Assembly (NCBI GenBank): GCA_030704615.1
Contig: CM060731.1
Span: 49,228,001 to 49,292,000 of the forward strand
Length of the DNA stretch: 64,000 nt
DNA from: Takakia lepidozioides
Taxonomy: Eukaryota > Plantae > Bryophyta
Direction: 5' to 3'
This document shows, one piece after another, positions 50,600-63,068 of the stretch. The notes under the pieces were generated by a model. It was not told where the DNA came from. It made no database searches and was given only the letters and a program-made list of their open reading frames with translations. Position numbers and translations under genes: made by a program. How positions within the stretch are numbered: the first letter of the stretch is position 1; the number at the start of each line of letters is the position of its first letter.

Positions 50600-52250
50600 G
50601 GACATTGGGAGAATAGCCTCTAGCGAGGATTCCCCACGCAAGGAGACCATGCCAAGATTCTCTTTTCGTACGGCCCAGGAATGAAAAGGAAGTTTGGTGG
50701 CTTTTGTTGGCAGAAATATCAAATAGCCAGCCCCATCCAGACGGTGGTGTGGATCCATCTTTCTAAAGACCCTAAGCCTTTTCTGCCAAGACATGTCACA
50801 TGTTGAAATATTTTGCCAGTTCAGCCACCTGGCCCACTCCTGCTGCTCTTCTTAATTAGAGGCACAAAGGCCAAACTGAGCATCCATCTGGGGACGAGAA
50901 CGGCAAATTTCTCTTTTAAGGTTGTGCAGCTGGCATTGTCGAGACTCTAGATCATTGCCTTCTCTCCTGGCCTCCGGGGCCTGCCCCAGAAACATCCCAA
51001 CTCACTTGCAAAAGATTTACAGCCACAGGATAGAATTTGCCATTCTCAAAGCTCTCTTCACTCAAATGCTGGCAGGATGGGTGCCTGTGATTTGGGAGAA
51101 AATCGCCCTACAGGTCATACTTGGCCTATAAAGAATAGACTTCCATTTAAACTTTTCATCACTATATTTTGGCACCTTCCAAAAAGCTGTCAAGCCTACA
51201 GTAAATCACTCAAACTTTGTGTTGTACTTACCAGGTCGACTGTTGCTCCAACTCTACCCCCATTGTGAGATAAAAGGGAAGTTGGGTCTGGAAGGAGGAA
51301 GTGTACTCTGGTTAAGGGGGCAGCATATGGGTTCGGCCGCGTGTTATTATTACTACTATATGATTGCTCGCTGGCCATATCTGAGTTTGTCCTGTACTAC
51401 ATTTCAGGTTGGATGATAGTAACCTTCCAGGCCTGTCTCGGGCTTTCTGTATCATGTGCTGCTGTTCTGGAGTTTGATTCTGCTGTTGGGGTAAAGCCCA
51501 GCACTTCTTCTAGCACACAATATCTTGGTAGATTGTTGTGAGGAGGAGAAGTCCTGCATCTCCAGTCAGTACGCTCTGTTAGCTTTCTTATTGAGTAGGG
51601 AGCATTTAGGCTCCACAGATTTCTCAAGCTTGTAAGTACTGGTCAGTTCTCCTGTATCATTCAACTATCAAGTCTTTGTACTACTGCTTGCAAACAGTAA
51701 AGATCTCTGTCAATGTCATTGAGTGAACCTACTGGTAGCCCAGATCAGAGGTTGCTATCACTGTGAAGACAGATGTAGTTTTCTAACGGAACAAATGAAG
51801 GTATGTGATCGACTTGTTGGTTTAATATGTCCGACTCGTCAGATTGCTCTCACAGACACATCCATTGCATCTGTGCAAAGCCCTTGTTGGTGGACACGCT
51901 TCCTTATTTTCACAGCTAATTACAGTAACACTCAAGGGTCTCCAATCCATAGCAAATCTTAGCAGTTGAAGCGGCTTAGGTTCCCTCTCCAAAGCTGGTT
52001 GCTCTCAGCTCTCAGAAGATGCTGCAGAAACACGCTTTGTAAAACACCCTGAGGTGGTACTCGGCCATGGTAGTCTTCGATATCCTTAAAACACCAATTC
52101 ACTACCCTACTATGGATCAGTATCTACAGAGGAAACGTATGCAACTCTCCCACTTCATCCCTGGAAGATCCATCTCCTAATGGAAGCCCCTGTGGAAGTC
52201 TATCTTTGATTTTGAGAGTGAGTGGGCAGCTTGTGCCCTTGGTCATGATC
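50600..52250 (-). mobile_element. Possible highly decayed L1 relic (ORF1 and ORF2 start)
   Basis: GASIRRWIFQ (~52170) resembles RAEIRRWIIQ of the L1 ORF1 at ~47130, and NLGMVSLRG (~50650) resembles NLSLSSWNIRG. These are short matches only. Confidence 0.3.
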
Positions 52251-52688
52251 TAGAAGGTTCTAACTTTAGAGAACACCAACTTGAGGAGCACGCTCAGCGC
52301 GTTACAACACACCCACTTTAAGGACCAAGCCTGTAGAGGAGGGAGCATATTCCAGGCTTAGAAAGACTGGCTTTACAGGTTGTAGCATCACAAATCCCAT
52401 AACATGGATTATCATCTGAAATTGTCACACACTGAGTGATACATCATACTAAGTCTTTAGATCCCCCAATTATTTTACCAAAAACAAAAGTCTTTTGGGT
52501 GGGTCCCCACTGGGTTGTCCTTATGCATAATCTCACCGGCTACAGAATTCAGATGTTACTTTTTCTAAAGTTTGTTTAAAAGAACTTCCAAATATAGAGC
52601 TACCGATTTGGATTCGATAGGGCAGATTGATGGAATGCAGAATGTTGAATGTAGAGCTGGGTGGCTGTCTCACCTTATGAACGTTAGA

Positions 52689-54962
52689 TTAATACAAATG
52701 TGAAGGCAGACGAGGCTCTGCAATCACACGCAATGGATTTACCCGAGACAGCATCCCCCCTAGAAATTGCTCTGACATGTCCACCTGATCTTTTGGGTCT
52801 TCCTGATTTGGCATTCTAAAATTGAAGCTATGGATTAGACGAGCCACGCATATCTGCACGAAGAGCATTCCCAATGAAATTCCTGGACATTGACGTCTTC
52901 CTGCTCCAAAGGGTAATAACTTAAAGTGCTGGCCTTTTACGTCGATCTCAGGTTGCGTAATAAATCTCTCGGGGTCGAACTCAAGGGGCCTTTCCCAGGT
53001 AGCGGGATCCCTTTGGATAGCGTAGATGTTGACGAGCAGGCGTGTTGGGGCTTGTAATTGATAGCCTGCAACTTGGCACTTCTCTATTGACTCACGCGGC
53101 ACTGACAAAGGTGCAGGGGGATGAAGACGGAGCACCTCCTTTATAACTGCCTGGAGGTAAGATAGACTGGGAAGATCAGATTCCTCCACCCTGCGACTGG
53201 TACCCACCACAGAGTCCAGCTCAGCCTGCAAACGCATCATAACTTGGGGATGTCGCAAGAGCTCTGCTATTGCCCAGTCTGCTGCGCTCGAGGAAGTATC
53301 TGTTCCAGCGACAATCATATCCTGCATGGACACGAGCATTTTAATTGAGCTGACTCATTCAAATGGTCATTCTCAAACTGCACAGCTCCTATCAAGTGTA
53401 GAAAGATTCAACCAGTTGAAAAGATACTAGCTTGCCGGTGTGCCGATGCATTAGATAACATTTGATCAGTAGACATCTAAGTGAGCAAACTTTTGAATCT
53501 ATCCAACATGCGTACACTGTGCCCCTTCCTCATCTATGTGCGTGCACATCAGTAGCTGCCTCCGTTCCCGGTCTATGTACAAAAGATACAAGGAAAAAGG
53601 TCTGAAGGTGCAGATCATGCTTTAATAAGAGCTCGAAAGTAAGTTCCAGATATATAATGTACGTGTTAAATTAGAAGCCTACTGCTGCAGAGAGATTGAA
53701 CAATACTACTATCAAAACTTTCACTGTAGCTTCAGGAAGAAAGCCCAGTCCATCTTCTGAAGGGGTGGACAACAAGGTGTCAACGAAGTCCTTGGGGTCG
53801 TGATCGTCGCCTCCTTGTTTGCTTCCTAGTGCAGCATATTTCCGGTTGAGAATCTCTCCCAGTATTTCGTCTGCTCTGTTTTTCACCTTCCATATGTGGG
53901 CATCGTAGCCTAATATCCTCGTGACTCGTTGAAGGAATGGAATGAAGTCACCAATCAGGATTCCCACTTGAGCCCTGAGCAAGCTGAGAACCAACCCCTT
54001 GAGTTGTTGGCCAGTTTCCTGCTGACCCACCTTGTCCGCGCCAAAGTATCTGCGGGGCAAAAATCGTCACATGTGGGTCACATTTTAAACCTCAGATCAT
54101 GTGAACAGATTTTGGCCAGGATTATGAGGTTCCAGTACAGGATATCTAGTGCACAGTTTTCTCGATCTAGTTCTTGACTTAGAGCACGTCAATCCGACCT
54201 TCATCCGATCCTCCTTCGATTAACAAGTGATGGACCTCCGTCTGACAAACTTTACTTCAGTATCCTTCAACCAAACTAGAGACAGCGGAGGGGATTTAGG
54301 GCGATTTCACCGTACCTCTTGTCCAGCATCAGGCGTGTGATGACGTTGTCAGTCAGATTCCCCACCTTGAGAGTGAGGTCCACTTCTTTCCCTTCTTGTG
54401 CATCGAGCAAGATGGCCCTCACTGTTGCGTTTATCTCCTCCGTTCTGCCTGGACGAGACGCATCCAGGCGCTTGCGTGAAAAGAGCTCCATCACGCAGAT
54501 TTTCCTCAAGTACCTCCAGTAGGGACCATAAGGCGCCCACACGAGGTCAGTGAAGTTGTTGGTGACAATAGCTCCAGACACGGATGGCGGGCGGCTTGCA
54601 AACACCTTATCATTGGATTTGAGAAAAACTCTTGCTGATTCTGCATTAGAGATTATGACAGTGGGCGCGGAGCCCAAGCGCATATACATGGTGGGTCCAT
54701 ATCTAGTAGCGAGGGTCTGTAGTGCCTGGTGGGCGATGGTGCCTCCCATCTGATGGAGATTTCCTATTACTGGCCAAGCGCGTGGTCCTGGGGGAAGCTT
54801 GAGAGAATTTCCCCCACGAAGGAACAGGCCCTTAGCCAACAGGCTTATTGTGACTATGCCCGCAAGCACAAGCATCGTCAGGTTGCGTTGAGGCCGCCAT
54901 ACACTAGTTGCTTCAGCTGATAGTAAGGTTACGTAGGAGAGATTCTCGTTTGGAGTCACCAT
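52689..54962 (-). CDS. Cytochrome P450, CYP71 clan (A-type), 3 exons (54962-54316, 54049-53707, 53321-52689)
   Basis: Membrane anchor plus LPPGPRAWPVIGNL, APYGPYWR, I-helix AGTDTSS, KEVLR, PERF and heme motif PFGAGRRQCPG. The introns restore the frame. Confidence 0.95.
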
Positions 54963-55127
54963 CTGGGTCCTTGGATCAGCACGATAGAGCCTGGGCTGGG
55001 AAGAGAGGGTGGCGAAAGAGGCAAGTCTGCTTCAGTGTAACTCCCTATATATCTCCTATCACTCAAGTCACCATAGAACTGTACATCCCTAGGCACGCAG
55101 TAACCATTTCATATTCAACATGTTGTC

Positions 55128-55138
55128 GCCACGTGTCA
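55128..55138. promoter_or_regulatory. G-box/ABRE (TGACACGTGGC on minus) upstream of the P450, with a TATA-like element at ~55045-55052
   Basis: Perfect extended G-box ~165 bp upstream of the ATG and ~80 bp upstream of TATATAG (minus). Confidence 0.5.
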
Positions 55139-55242
55139 AGCCTTTTTTAGGGGACAGGGCCTTGATAATATTTTATTTGGAATCTTTAGATTATATTATA
55201 TTAAATTACTTATACCCGGGTTGTACGTTGGTACGTTGGTAC

Positions 55243-56352
55243 CAGTGCCATTGTGCAGATCGGGTTTTGACCCTGGGTACCCCGCGGATTAGGATCACCC
55301 GGACCCATCCTATCACCAAAAACCGGGATCCGGGTTCATTTCAAAAAAAAACCCCGATCACGATCCGGACCCAGAACCCGGTTCCCGTGGACCAGTGTAG
55401 CGGGTCAGGGTCCGGGTCTTAATAACAGGTGGAGCATGCGGGGTCCACCGTAGATGTGGTAGGTTGTGCAATGTGTAGCCATAGGCCGCTGCAGCAGCCT
55501 GCCAGCCCCCCAAGTTGTAGCCCAGCTGTAAAGGCCACATACCACCTCAAAAGTGGTTGTGGGTTCAATCCACGGATTGGTGTCACAAAGTTGTGCTCTT
55601 GGGTCCAATGACACCATCATTTAGGGCCGATTCCATGTACCGGGCCCACCGTAAAAGGGAGAAAATGGCCGGGTACACTTCCATGCATGGGGGGGCGGGG
55701 CCAGTTGCCGAGATCCTGTGTGGGTTGCGCATCCCCATGAAATGGGAAGCGAGCTAGGTGGACGACCGTGCAAATTGAATGGAGTCTCCACTTACCTGCA
55801 ACGTTGTGCTAAAGTCACGCTTATCTGCAGAACCCTGTCACGCTAAAGTCCAAAACGATTACTCGGTCACTGAGCTCCACATGACATTGGAAATGCTTGC
55901 ACCTGGCGAACTCTTTTTTTTGTGGGTCGGGCTCCTCCCACGCGGAAGTACGCCCTTATGCCTCCCCAAGGAGGCATCATATATAATTATTAGGCTGGCT
56001 CCCACATATCTATGCTATAGTCATCTATGAGCCATGAGGCATATTACTGTTGTTAACATGTTTCAAAATTGATATTGAAGAATTGAAGAATCGAACACAA
56101 TTTCTATTTTAGTTCTTGTGTTAAATGAGCAATACATATTCATGGTATCATATTTTGAAGGAACGTGTCTTTAAATGAAATTATAAATTAACTAGGACCC
56201 GGATCCGAACCCGGACCGGACCGAGTCCGTGTTGAGGAACCCGGACCCGGATTTTTCAAATTTCAAAAACCCGGATCCGGCGGACTTGGGTCCAAAAAGA
56301 AACCCAACCTCGGATCAGACTGGTTCCTTGAAAAGACACCCGCACAACACTG
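55243..56352. mobile_element. Non-autonomous hAT-type element in the P450 upstream region
   Basis: Termini CAGTG(CCA)TTGTGC / GCACAACACTG; 8-bp TSD GTTGGTAC / GTTGGTTC (7/8 match); CCGGATCC/CCGGACCC subterminal repeats at both ends. Confidence 0.75.
55510..55596 (+). repeat. tRNA-derived (SINE-like) repeat, copy 2, inside the hAT element
   Basis: A-box-like TAGCCCAGCTG and B-box-like GGGTTCAATCC at tRNA-like spacing (~43 nt); no intact cloverleaf. Confidence 0.45.
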
Positions 56353-56447
56353 GTTGGTTCTGGCTGGTATTACAATTGGAGTACCACTGGTTGATAACCG
56401 TCGACAACTTGAAAAATCTTGCATCTATTGAGAGCCGACTGATGTTA

Positions 56448-56927
56448 GAGCATCTCCAGCGGTGCAACCCAAAATGCCCCGCCAAACGCACTCTCCCGGC
56501 CCGCTTGGCGGGGCCGGTTCCCAAGATGGCGGAGGAGCAGTAGAAGAACACCTGCGCAAGCCTGGTGCCTAGCTACCTTGGCCTTGTTGGTAGGGGCAGG
56601 GCGTACTTTGGCTATAGAGAGCATGGCAAAGTGGGGCATTAATGAGGGTTGCAGACACGTGTAGTTAGGCATTCAAACATGTGGCGGGCGAGCGGATTAA
56701 CGAGGGTTGCAAACATGTGTAGTTAGGGGAGGGAATTGAACATATGGCGGCCAGGTTTGGAGCCCGCCACATATGCCCAAATGTGGCGGGGCAAAGACAA
56801 ATTTGAGCGGCCTAGCCGGAAATAATTTGGCGTTTATTGCACCGTTGGGGTTTACTTTGGGCCCCGCCTTTTGTTGCCGGACTAGATTAACGCTGGTTGT
56901 GGCTTTACTGTGCTGCAGGAGATGCTC
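56448..56927. mobile_element. PIF/Harbinger Tourist-like MITE (480 bp)
   Basis: TIRs GAGCATCTCC / GGAGATGCTC with a TTA TSD at 56445-56447 and 56928-56930. Confidence 0.9.
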
Positions 56928-56930
56928 TTA

Positions 56931-57045
56931 CAATATTATGAATGCCGTGAAACGGATATTTAAATATCTAAAGGGCACACTAAATTATGGGATTTGTTTT
57001 AGTTGGAGCAGTGAACAGGCTGAGAATACCTTGATGGGTTACTAT
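56931..57045 (+). mobile_element. Ty1/Copia RT-RNase H junction fragment
   Basis: NAVKRIFKYLKGTLNYGICF...LMGY is the conserved Copia motif. Confidence 0.8.
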
Positions 57046-57428
57046 CCCAATCAAGTCTGGGATACACTTGCGAGTCTCTATGAGGTCAAGACAAGCAGGC
57101 TGGTATTGAAAACTTGTAAAAATATCTCAATGCCAGGTCGGGTTGGTATTAAAAAAGTAATATCCGCCCAACACTGATCAGTACAGGGCCATTGTTTACC
57201 TTTATTTGGGATTAATAAGAGATGCTTGTCCCATCTTCATGGAGCTCCCAGGTTATTTTTCCCTCTGTTCAATGGAATTTCAGGTCCTTCATCCCTTGTT
57301 TCTTTATTTTTGAAATAGGAGGAAAAAAATGAAATCGTCCGTTGGACCATACATACACACACATTATTTTTATTTTATTTTTTAAACAGAGACCGAGGGC
57401 CGGGAAACTTTATTTTGATAATTACACA

Positions 57429-60400
57429 TCAATATATGTAGCGAGGCGGTTTGTTTGTTTTGTTTTGTTTTATTTTGTTTTTCTGCGTTGAGATGACGCG
57501 GAGCTCCAGCCCTGGTGTTGGTACCGTTCAAAAGGCCTCGATGAGGAGGGGTGCACCGGCTTAGTCTCACGATTTTTGGACCTACCGTGTGAGAGAAATG
57601 GAATTTCAAGTACTTTTGGTCGTTGGAAATTCTTGAAAAATAGCATAGTGGGCTAAGTTTCTGGGACAATGATTGCCTCGAGACACATGGAATTATAAAC
57701 AATTTTGGTTGCTAAAAATTCGTAAATAATAGCAAAGTGGGCTTTAGACATGGTTTTTTTATGTTGAATTTCAAGTTCTTTTGGTCGCTGGAAATTTGTG
57801 GAAAATAGCAAAGTGGGTTTTCCTGGAGCAGTGATTGGCCCTTTATGTGGGAGATTTGGAATTTCAAGTGCTTTTGGTCGCTGGAAATTCGCAAAAAATA
57901 GCACAATGGATATATCAATATATGAAGCCTTGACATGGGAGATTGCAAAAATAGCAAAGTAGGCTTTGTTGGAATATATATATAACGCCAAACGAAGCCA
58001 GCGTAAATAAGAGCCTCATCTTCCCCCCTCTGTTTGTAGATGCTCTGAGGAGCTGGGAGCTGCCCTCCTCTCAAAATTTGACTCCAAATGGGGGCACCTT
58101 GGACTACCTTTGTGAGAGACAGGGCGAACGTGCACGCTGGGCATCCAGACCTCCAGTCAACTGGTGGCTCCCCCAATCACTGGGCCTCTCCGGCTGACGA
58201 GGAAGAAAGAGACATCACCTAGTGTAGGAAAAATTGAGGCTGTAAGATCCGGGCTCATCTGAATTTTGAACCTCTCAAGGCCAAGCGCTTATTCTGAACT
58301 GATCCTGAACTTTGTTATCTAACTGTTTTGGTTTTGGCACTCATCTCAGTGTCCAAACCTTGCTGGAATCTTTGGCCTGCAGGTCCTTCTGATTTGGTGT
58401 TGCAGTAGTAATAGACTTTATGTAGGCTGGTAATTTAGATACTTCCGGTTGCTTGGATGGCTAAAATTCTTTCAATCAATCAGGTAGAGGCTATTGGAGA
58501 ATCACTCCTTCTCCATGCCTTGCTTTTAGATAGTTGTATGATCAGTAGTTTGGTTTCAAAGGACTAGTCTCTCTGAGCTTTGTTGGGTCTTCCATGCTTT
58601 GGCAGACCCATTCTTTTTAGGCTGATCAGTTTGCTTGCAAGTAGAGATAGTTACTTTTAGACCCCTGGAACATTGCTTCCTGAGTCCTCTCAGGGTTCTG
58701 GCGTGGTTGGATGTTTTAAGCATGCCCTTGGTGGCTGGCCAGGGTTGTACCCAAACTTTCCAAGATGTACGCCTTATGGCCCTCTGTCCTGGTCATTTTT
58801 TCCAGGACACCTTCATAATATGATTTACAAGGCTTCCTCCTCTTTGTATTTTAAATTTTAAATTTTAATATTAATTTAAATACATAAATTAATTAATTTA
58901 TATATTTAAATTATTTTATTTTATTTATTTTATTTATTAAATAATTAAAAAAAAAAAAACTCTTCCCCTTGCGGCTACTGTCTCCTTTCAGGGGTGGGCT
59001 CTATCCGCACTATAACCTGTCGCACAGTGGCTAGCTGGCCACTTTCAATCTTACGTTTATTGAGGATTGAAATGTAAGGCTCGTAGTGGAGGTGTAGTGT
59101 ATTTGGGTGGTAAGTTCAGATTATCTTTCAAACCTTGGATATTATGGGTATGAGCACCTCCCCTAATACCCGCAGTGATGACGGTCAGAGGTGCCATGTT
59201 CCAGCCTCGCTGATGGAGGGCATGTATGATTGGGTCATATTTTTCGTGTTTGTACATAATTGATTGATCTGGATTCCGATCACGACAGAATGCAAATTTA
59301 AAAAACTATATTTTGAGATATGGAAGCGGTTCAGTCGGCGGCAATGCCGATACAAGAAGTCCCTGGACTAGAAAAATATTTGGGCATAGCCTTGTCAGGC
59401 AAATGCATGGGTATCCCTGAGAGCATACACACGGTAGTAGCCATGGGAATATAGTATGGTCCGGTGGATGACCTTGGAACGTCCCTGCATTGATGAGGTT
59501 AAACCATGTGGATTTTGGATGTGAAGTGAGAATTTTGTGCTTGTCTAACCTCTTGGTTATGTCTAGTTATCCGCAACCCACGAATTATAGGGTGGTTGCA
59601 GTGGAGAAGTAAAATGTGGTTATGTGTCTATTTGGGGATTTTGGGATGAACATAACATGCAGTGTTTACTAGGGTATAATAATGGCCAGAACAAGTTCCG
59701 TCGTTGATTGCCCATGTAATATTGACCATATCGAAATTTCAAAGTTTGTTTGATTTGTACATCAGTAACCTTGGGGGATGTCCAAAAATGATTGGACATA
59801 CTATGTAGCAAGTGCGGAGACGAGACCCACTTAGATATGTAGGAATTTCTATAGATACGGGATTCTTGGATGAGTAGTTTGGTCTCGCCTTGAATGTGTG
59901 TGTGTAGGTTCCGTATAGGTGCTATGGTCGGGAATGTAGCCCTTGTTGATATGAGCCAAAACGGGTATGTGTGCGATCGGTGGGATAGGGTTGGTCGAGA
60001 GATTGGTGATTGGCTAAATGGCACCAAGTTGAGCAAGATGATATGTTATGTCATTGTCTATTATGTTTGTGTGAGATCGAACTTTATGTATATGGATTTG
60101 CAGCGGTACAACATCGACGATTCTTTTTATAAATGTGATATCAGGATGGTTGATCTGTGATGATGACTTTGCAGATTTGGATGGTGAGAAGGTGTAGGGA
60201 GACCAAGCTGTCTGTAAATAAATAGTATGTTGCAGTAGATTGGTAGGGGAGAGATTTGAGAGCATCATGTATAGGCATAAACTTCGCTCGTAAGATATTC
60301 TGGCGACCAGGGAGTCGGCTATATATTTTGGTGTTGGTGCCAACCAAATATATACCATAACCCGCCTGGGCATCTTTTAAGGAGCCATCAGTATATATGC

Positions 60401-62206
60401 ATTTTTGTGGTGGGAATTTCAAGGTTGTGGGCTCTGTGAAATCTGGGAGTGGTCTAGCAAAGGTTTCTTGTCTCGTTGCCCAAAGAGGCATGGGTCACAC
60501 GTCTCCATGGTTTGTCCGGGTTGATTTGGGGATATTTGTTGGGTGTTTGGGTAGGCGGGTGGACCATGGCTGTGTGACCAAATAAATGTTTTAGGATCCA
60601 GTCCAGTTAATGGTGGAAAGTGGTAGGTATTTTGCGCGTTTTGTGAGTGGTGTACATATATCAGTTTAGTTAGTTTCATGTAATTGCACCACGGCGGTGG
60701 GGTTGATAAATGATCGCCTGAACGCCCTTGCCACTGGTAGGACCTTGCAGTCCCCAGTGATCCAAAGTGCTGATCTATGTCGTGTAAACTCGAGTAAGTA
60801 GATAAACCCAATGGGCATGTGAGAGGGTTAGAATAGTATGAGTGAGTGAGCTGTAGCTCCGTGGTGATGAAGTCTAGATCAAGGAATGCGGGGAGGCTCG
60901 AGTGGGAGTGTGCAAGTGAAAGTTTGTTTGTTGTTGTGAGTGTTTTGGATAGTAGATCTTGTGTGTAACGTTGGATGAGTCTGGAGATGTGTACCGTGAA
61001 TGCTGACGACGTGTGCGGATCTATGAGATGGAGTGGATTAAAATGAAACATTTCCCATAACCACTCCAATCTTTGGAGTGTAATGCTACCAATGTAATAG
61101 CGTAGTGGTCCATATATGTGTGCCAAGTTATTGTGAGTGTGAATGTGGGGCTGAGACTTCATGATGTCTTTATCTGGTTTACATCCAGCTATAGAGATGT
61201 GTAGATTTGGGATACTTCTGGCGGGCTGATGAAGCGTCTATCGTTGGCTTGTGGTTCATTTGCGTGTTGGGTATGAATATGCGACAAATAGTGGGTATTG
61301 GTTCGTCGATGGTGTTCAGTAACCATCTGAATATTATGGTGTAGATTGGGGTTTCCGTAGGTGCTAAAAAGGTGATCATTGTTTTTCCAGGTATTACATT
61401 TGAGAGTTGTTTCCTTTCATTGACAATTGTACAGAGTTTTGATATATGTAGCTCCATATTGATCCAAGGACATTTTTTGAGTTATGCCTTGTATTTCCTC
61501 TAATATGTAGACGGATGTTACGGGGTGTCATGTGGGGTGATTAGCAAGTGCTGACGATATAACAGTTGGTTGGGGTGGCTCTGGCTGGGGTGCTTGGGGT
61601 TGTGTGGGACGGACTCTTGTTGGGTTTAGGGCGGAGTGATGGAATAGTGATTAAATTTGGTTTTGGGTCGGCCTTGATGAATATCGAGGGAGTAGCTCCC
61701 ATGGATGATGGGGCGAAGATTTATATGGTCTTGAACATGTGTGTGTTATGCATGCAGAAGTGAGAAAACATAGTAGTGTTTGGAGGTGTTGCAAATAAAC
61801 ATGTTAGGAGTGCGATGGTGGTTTGGGGTATTTTAATCGAAAAGCATGTGGGTCGATAAGTCACATGGGCCAATGGCACAAGCTACCCTAGATCTCCTGA
61901 TACAGTAGGGGATTGCACTTGGACTTAGATGACACTGGACACTTGGGCCAACGGCACAGGCAACCCTAGAAAGAAATAAAATTGACAACAATGATTGGCC
62001 TTGGGCTTAGATGGGCCTCGACAAAGGAGACACACAGATGACACTACACACGTGGGCCTCTACATGGGAGAAGCACTTGGATACATAGAAGATTGCACTT
62101 GGGCTTAGATGGGCCTCCACATAGGAGACCCACTTGGATACATAGGGGATTGCACTTGGATTTAGATTACATTGGACACTTGGGCCAACGGCACGGGCTA
62201 CCCTAG
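57429..62206 (+). mobile_element. Composite Helitron of the 40560-41134 family enclosing ~4 kb of foreign sequence
   Basis: 5' end A|TCAATATATG at 57429 (second start-like motif ~57914). Three 3'-end motifs GGGCCAA(C/T)GGCAC...CCCTAG end at ~61891, ~61969 and 62206, the last followed by T. Confidence 0.65.
58960..61860 (-). mobile_element. 5'-truncated, decayed Dualen/RandI-like non-LTR retrotransposon (putative MTase-like segment, RNase H, CCHC, restriction-like endonuclease)
   Basis: RNase H: IYTDGS...GRQNILRA...LFTDSL...IHKVRSH. Zinc finger and RLE: CMLC...HILLLHCNHPIIRGLRITRHN...RLCPNIFLV...KFAFCRD...KHEKYDPIIHALHQRGW...ITAGIRG, read across stops and frameshifts. No RT was retained. Confidence 0.7.
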
Positions 62207-63068
62207 TGCACATTGCCAAAAGAGAGCAAACTCACGAACTAGTTAATCCCCATATATTTCTGTTAATCTAAGTTTTGGGATAGAGGGAACGGCCAAATCA
62301 AGTAAGTCTAAAAATAGCCACAAATGGTGAAAACACAAGGAGTGGATCAAGGAGAGCTAAGAGCAAGGAGAAGAAGAAAAAAGCAAAAGGAATCACAAAG
62401 TGGACACTTAGAACCGACACTTAAATCGAAAAAAATTAGGGTAAAAAATTAAGTTGTCTTAAGCTTTGAAACCCTAGAACGGGGTTGGGGCCAGTTGACT
62501 TCCCCTTCTTCCCCATCAGCAGACTATCTCCCAAGGTGGGAGGAGAGTGTCCATTGAATGTGTGAGTCGGATAGACGGGTGTCCATGTTGCCCTTGCCTC
62601 AAAGCCTTGGAGAACTTGTACACGCCATCGATCCAGAGCTCAGGGAAGAGCTGCATAGATAGTTAACCAACCCCACTCAATATGAAGTTCAAGGTTTTAG
62701 GAGGAAAAATAAAAATTCGAACTCGTAGACTGAAACAAATTAACCCTCAAAAAGGTGGTGGGGGCTATGAGTATGGATCATAGAGATACAAGTTTCACAA
62801 CTCTAGTAATAGCAGTTCTTTAGTCCTTTTCCAAAATAGAATGCACATCTCATATCCTTCAGATTCAGACCCATATCTGCACTATCTGTACTACTGCATC
62901 TTTCAGTTTATTCCATGTAAAATGTAACCCGAGGAAACAAATATCCCTTGTGAACAGGGCCTCCTCTCCACCCCGTCTTTAAAATGACCTGATATTGCAT
63001 ATCGAGGTCTCTGTACATCAGTATGTTTCTTATTAGAGTAACCAAATCAAGCTGCAATATATAACAGC

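Noticed and set aside
55510-55596. Functional tRNA gene
   Set aside because: Only A/B-box-like motifs; D and anticodon stems cannot be formed convincingly, and it lies inside a hAT element.
58000-58850. Captured host gene inside the Helitron
   Set aside because: No recognisable ORF or motif; only faint resemblance to L1-relic sequence.
40560-62206. One giant element bounded by inverted repeats at 40560-40835 and 61970-62206
   Set aside because: Better explained as two oppositely oriented copies of the same Helitron family, each with its own TC/CTAG ends; no TSD.
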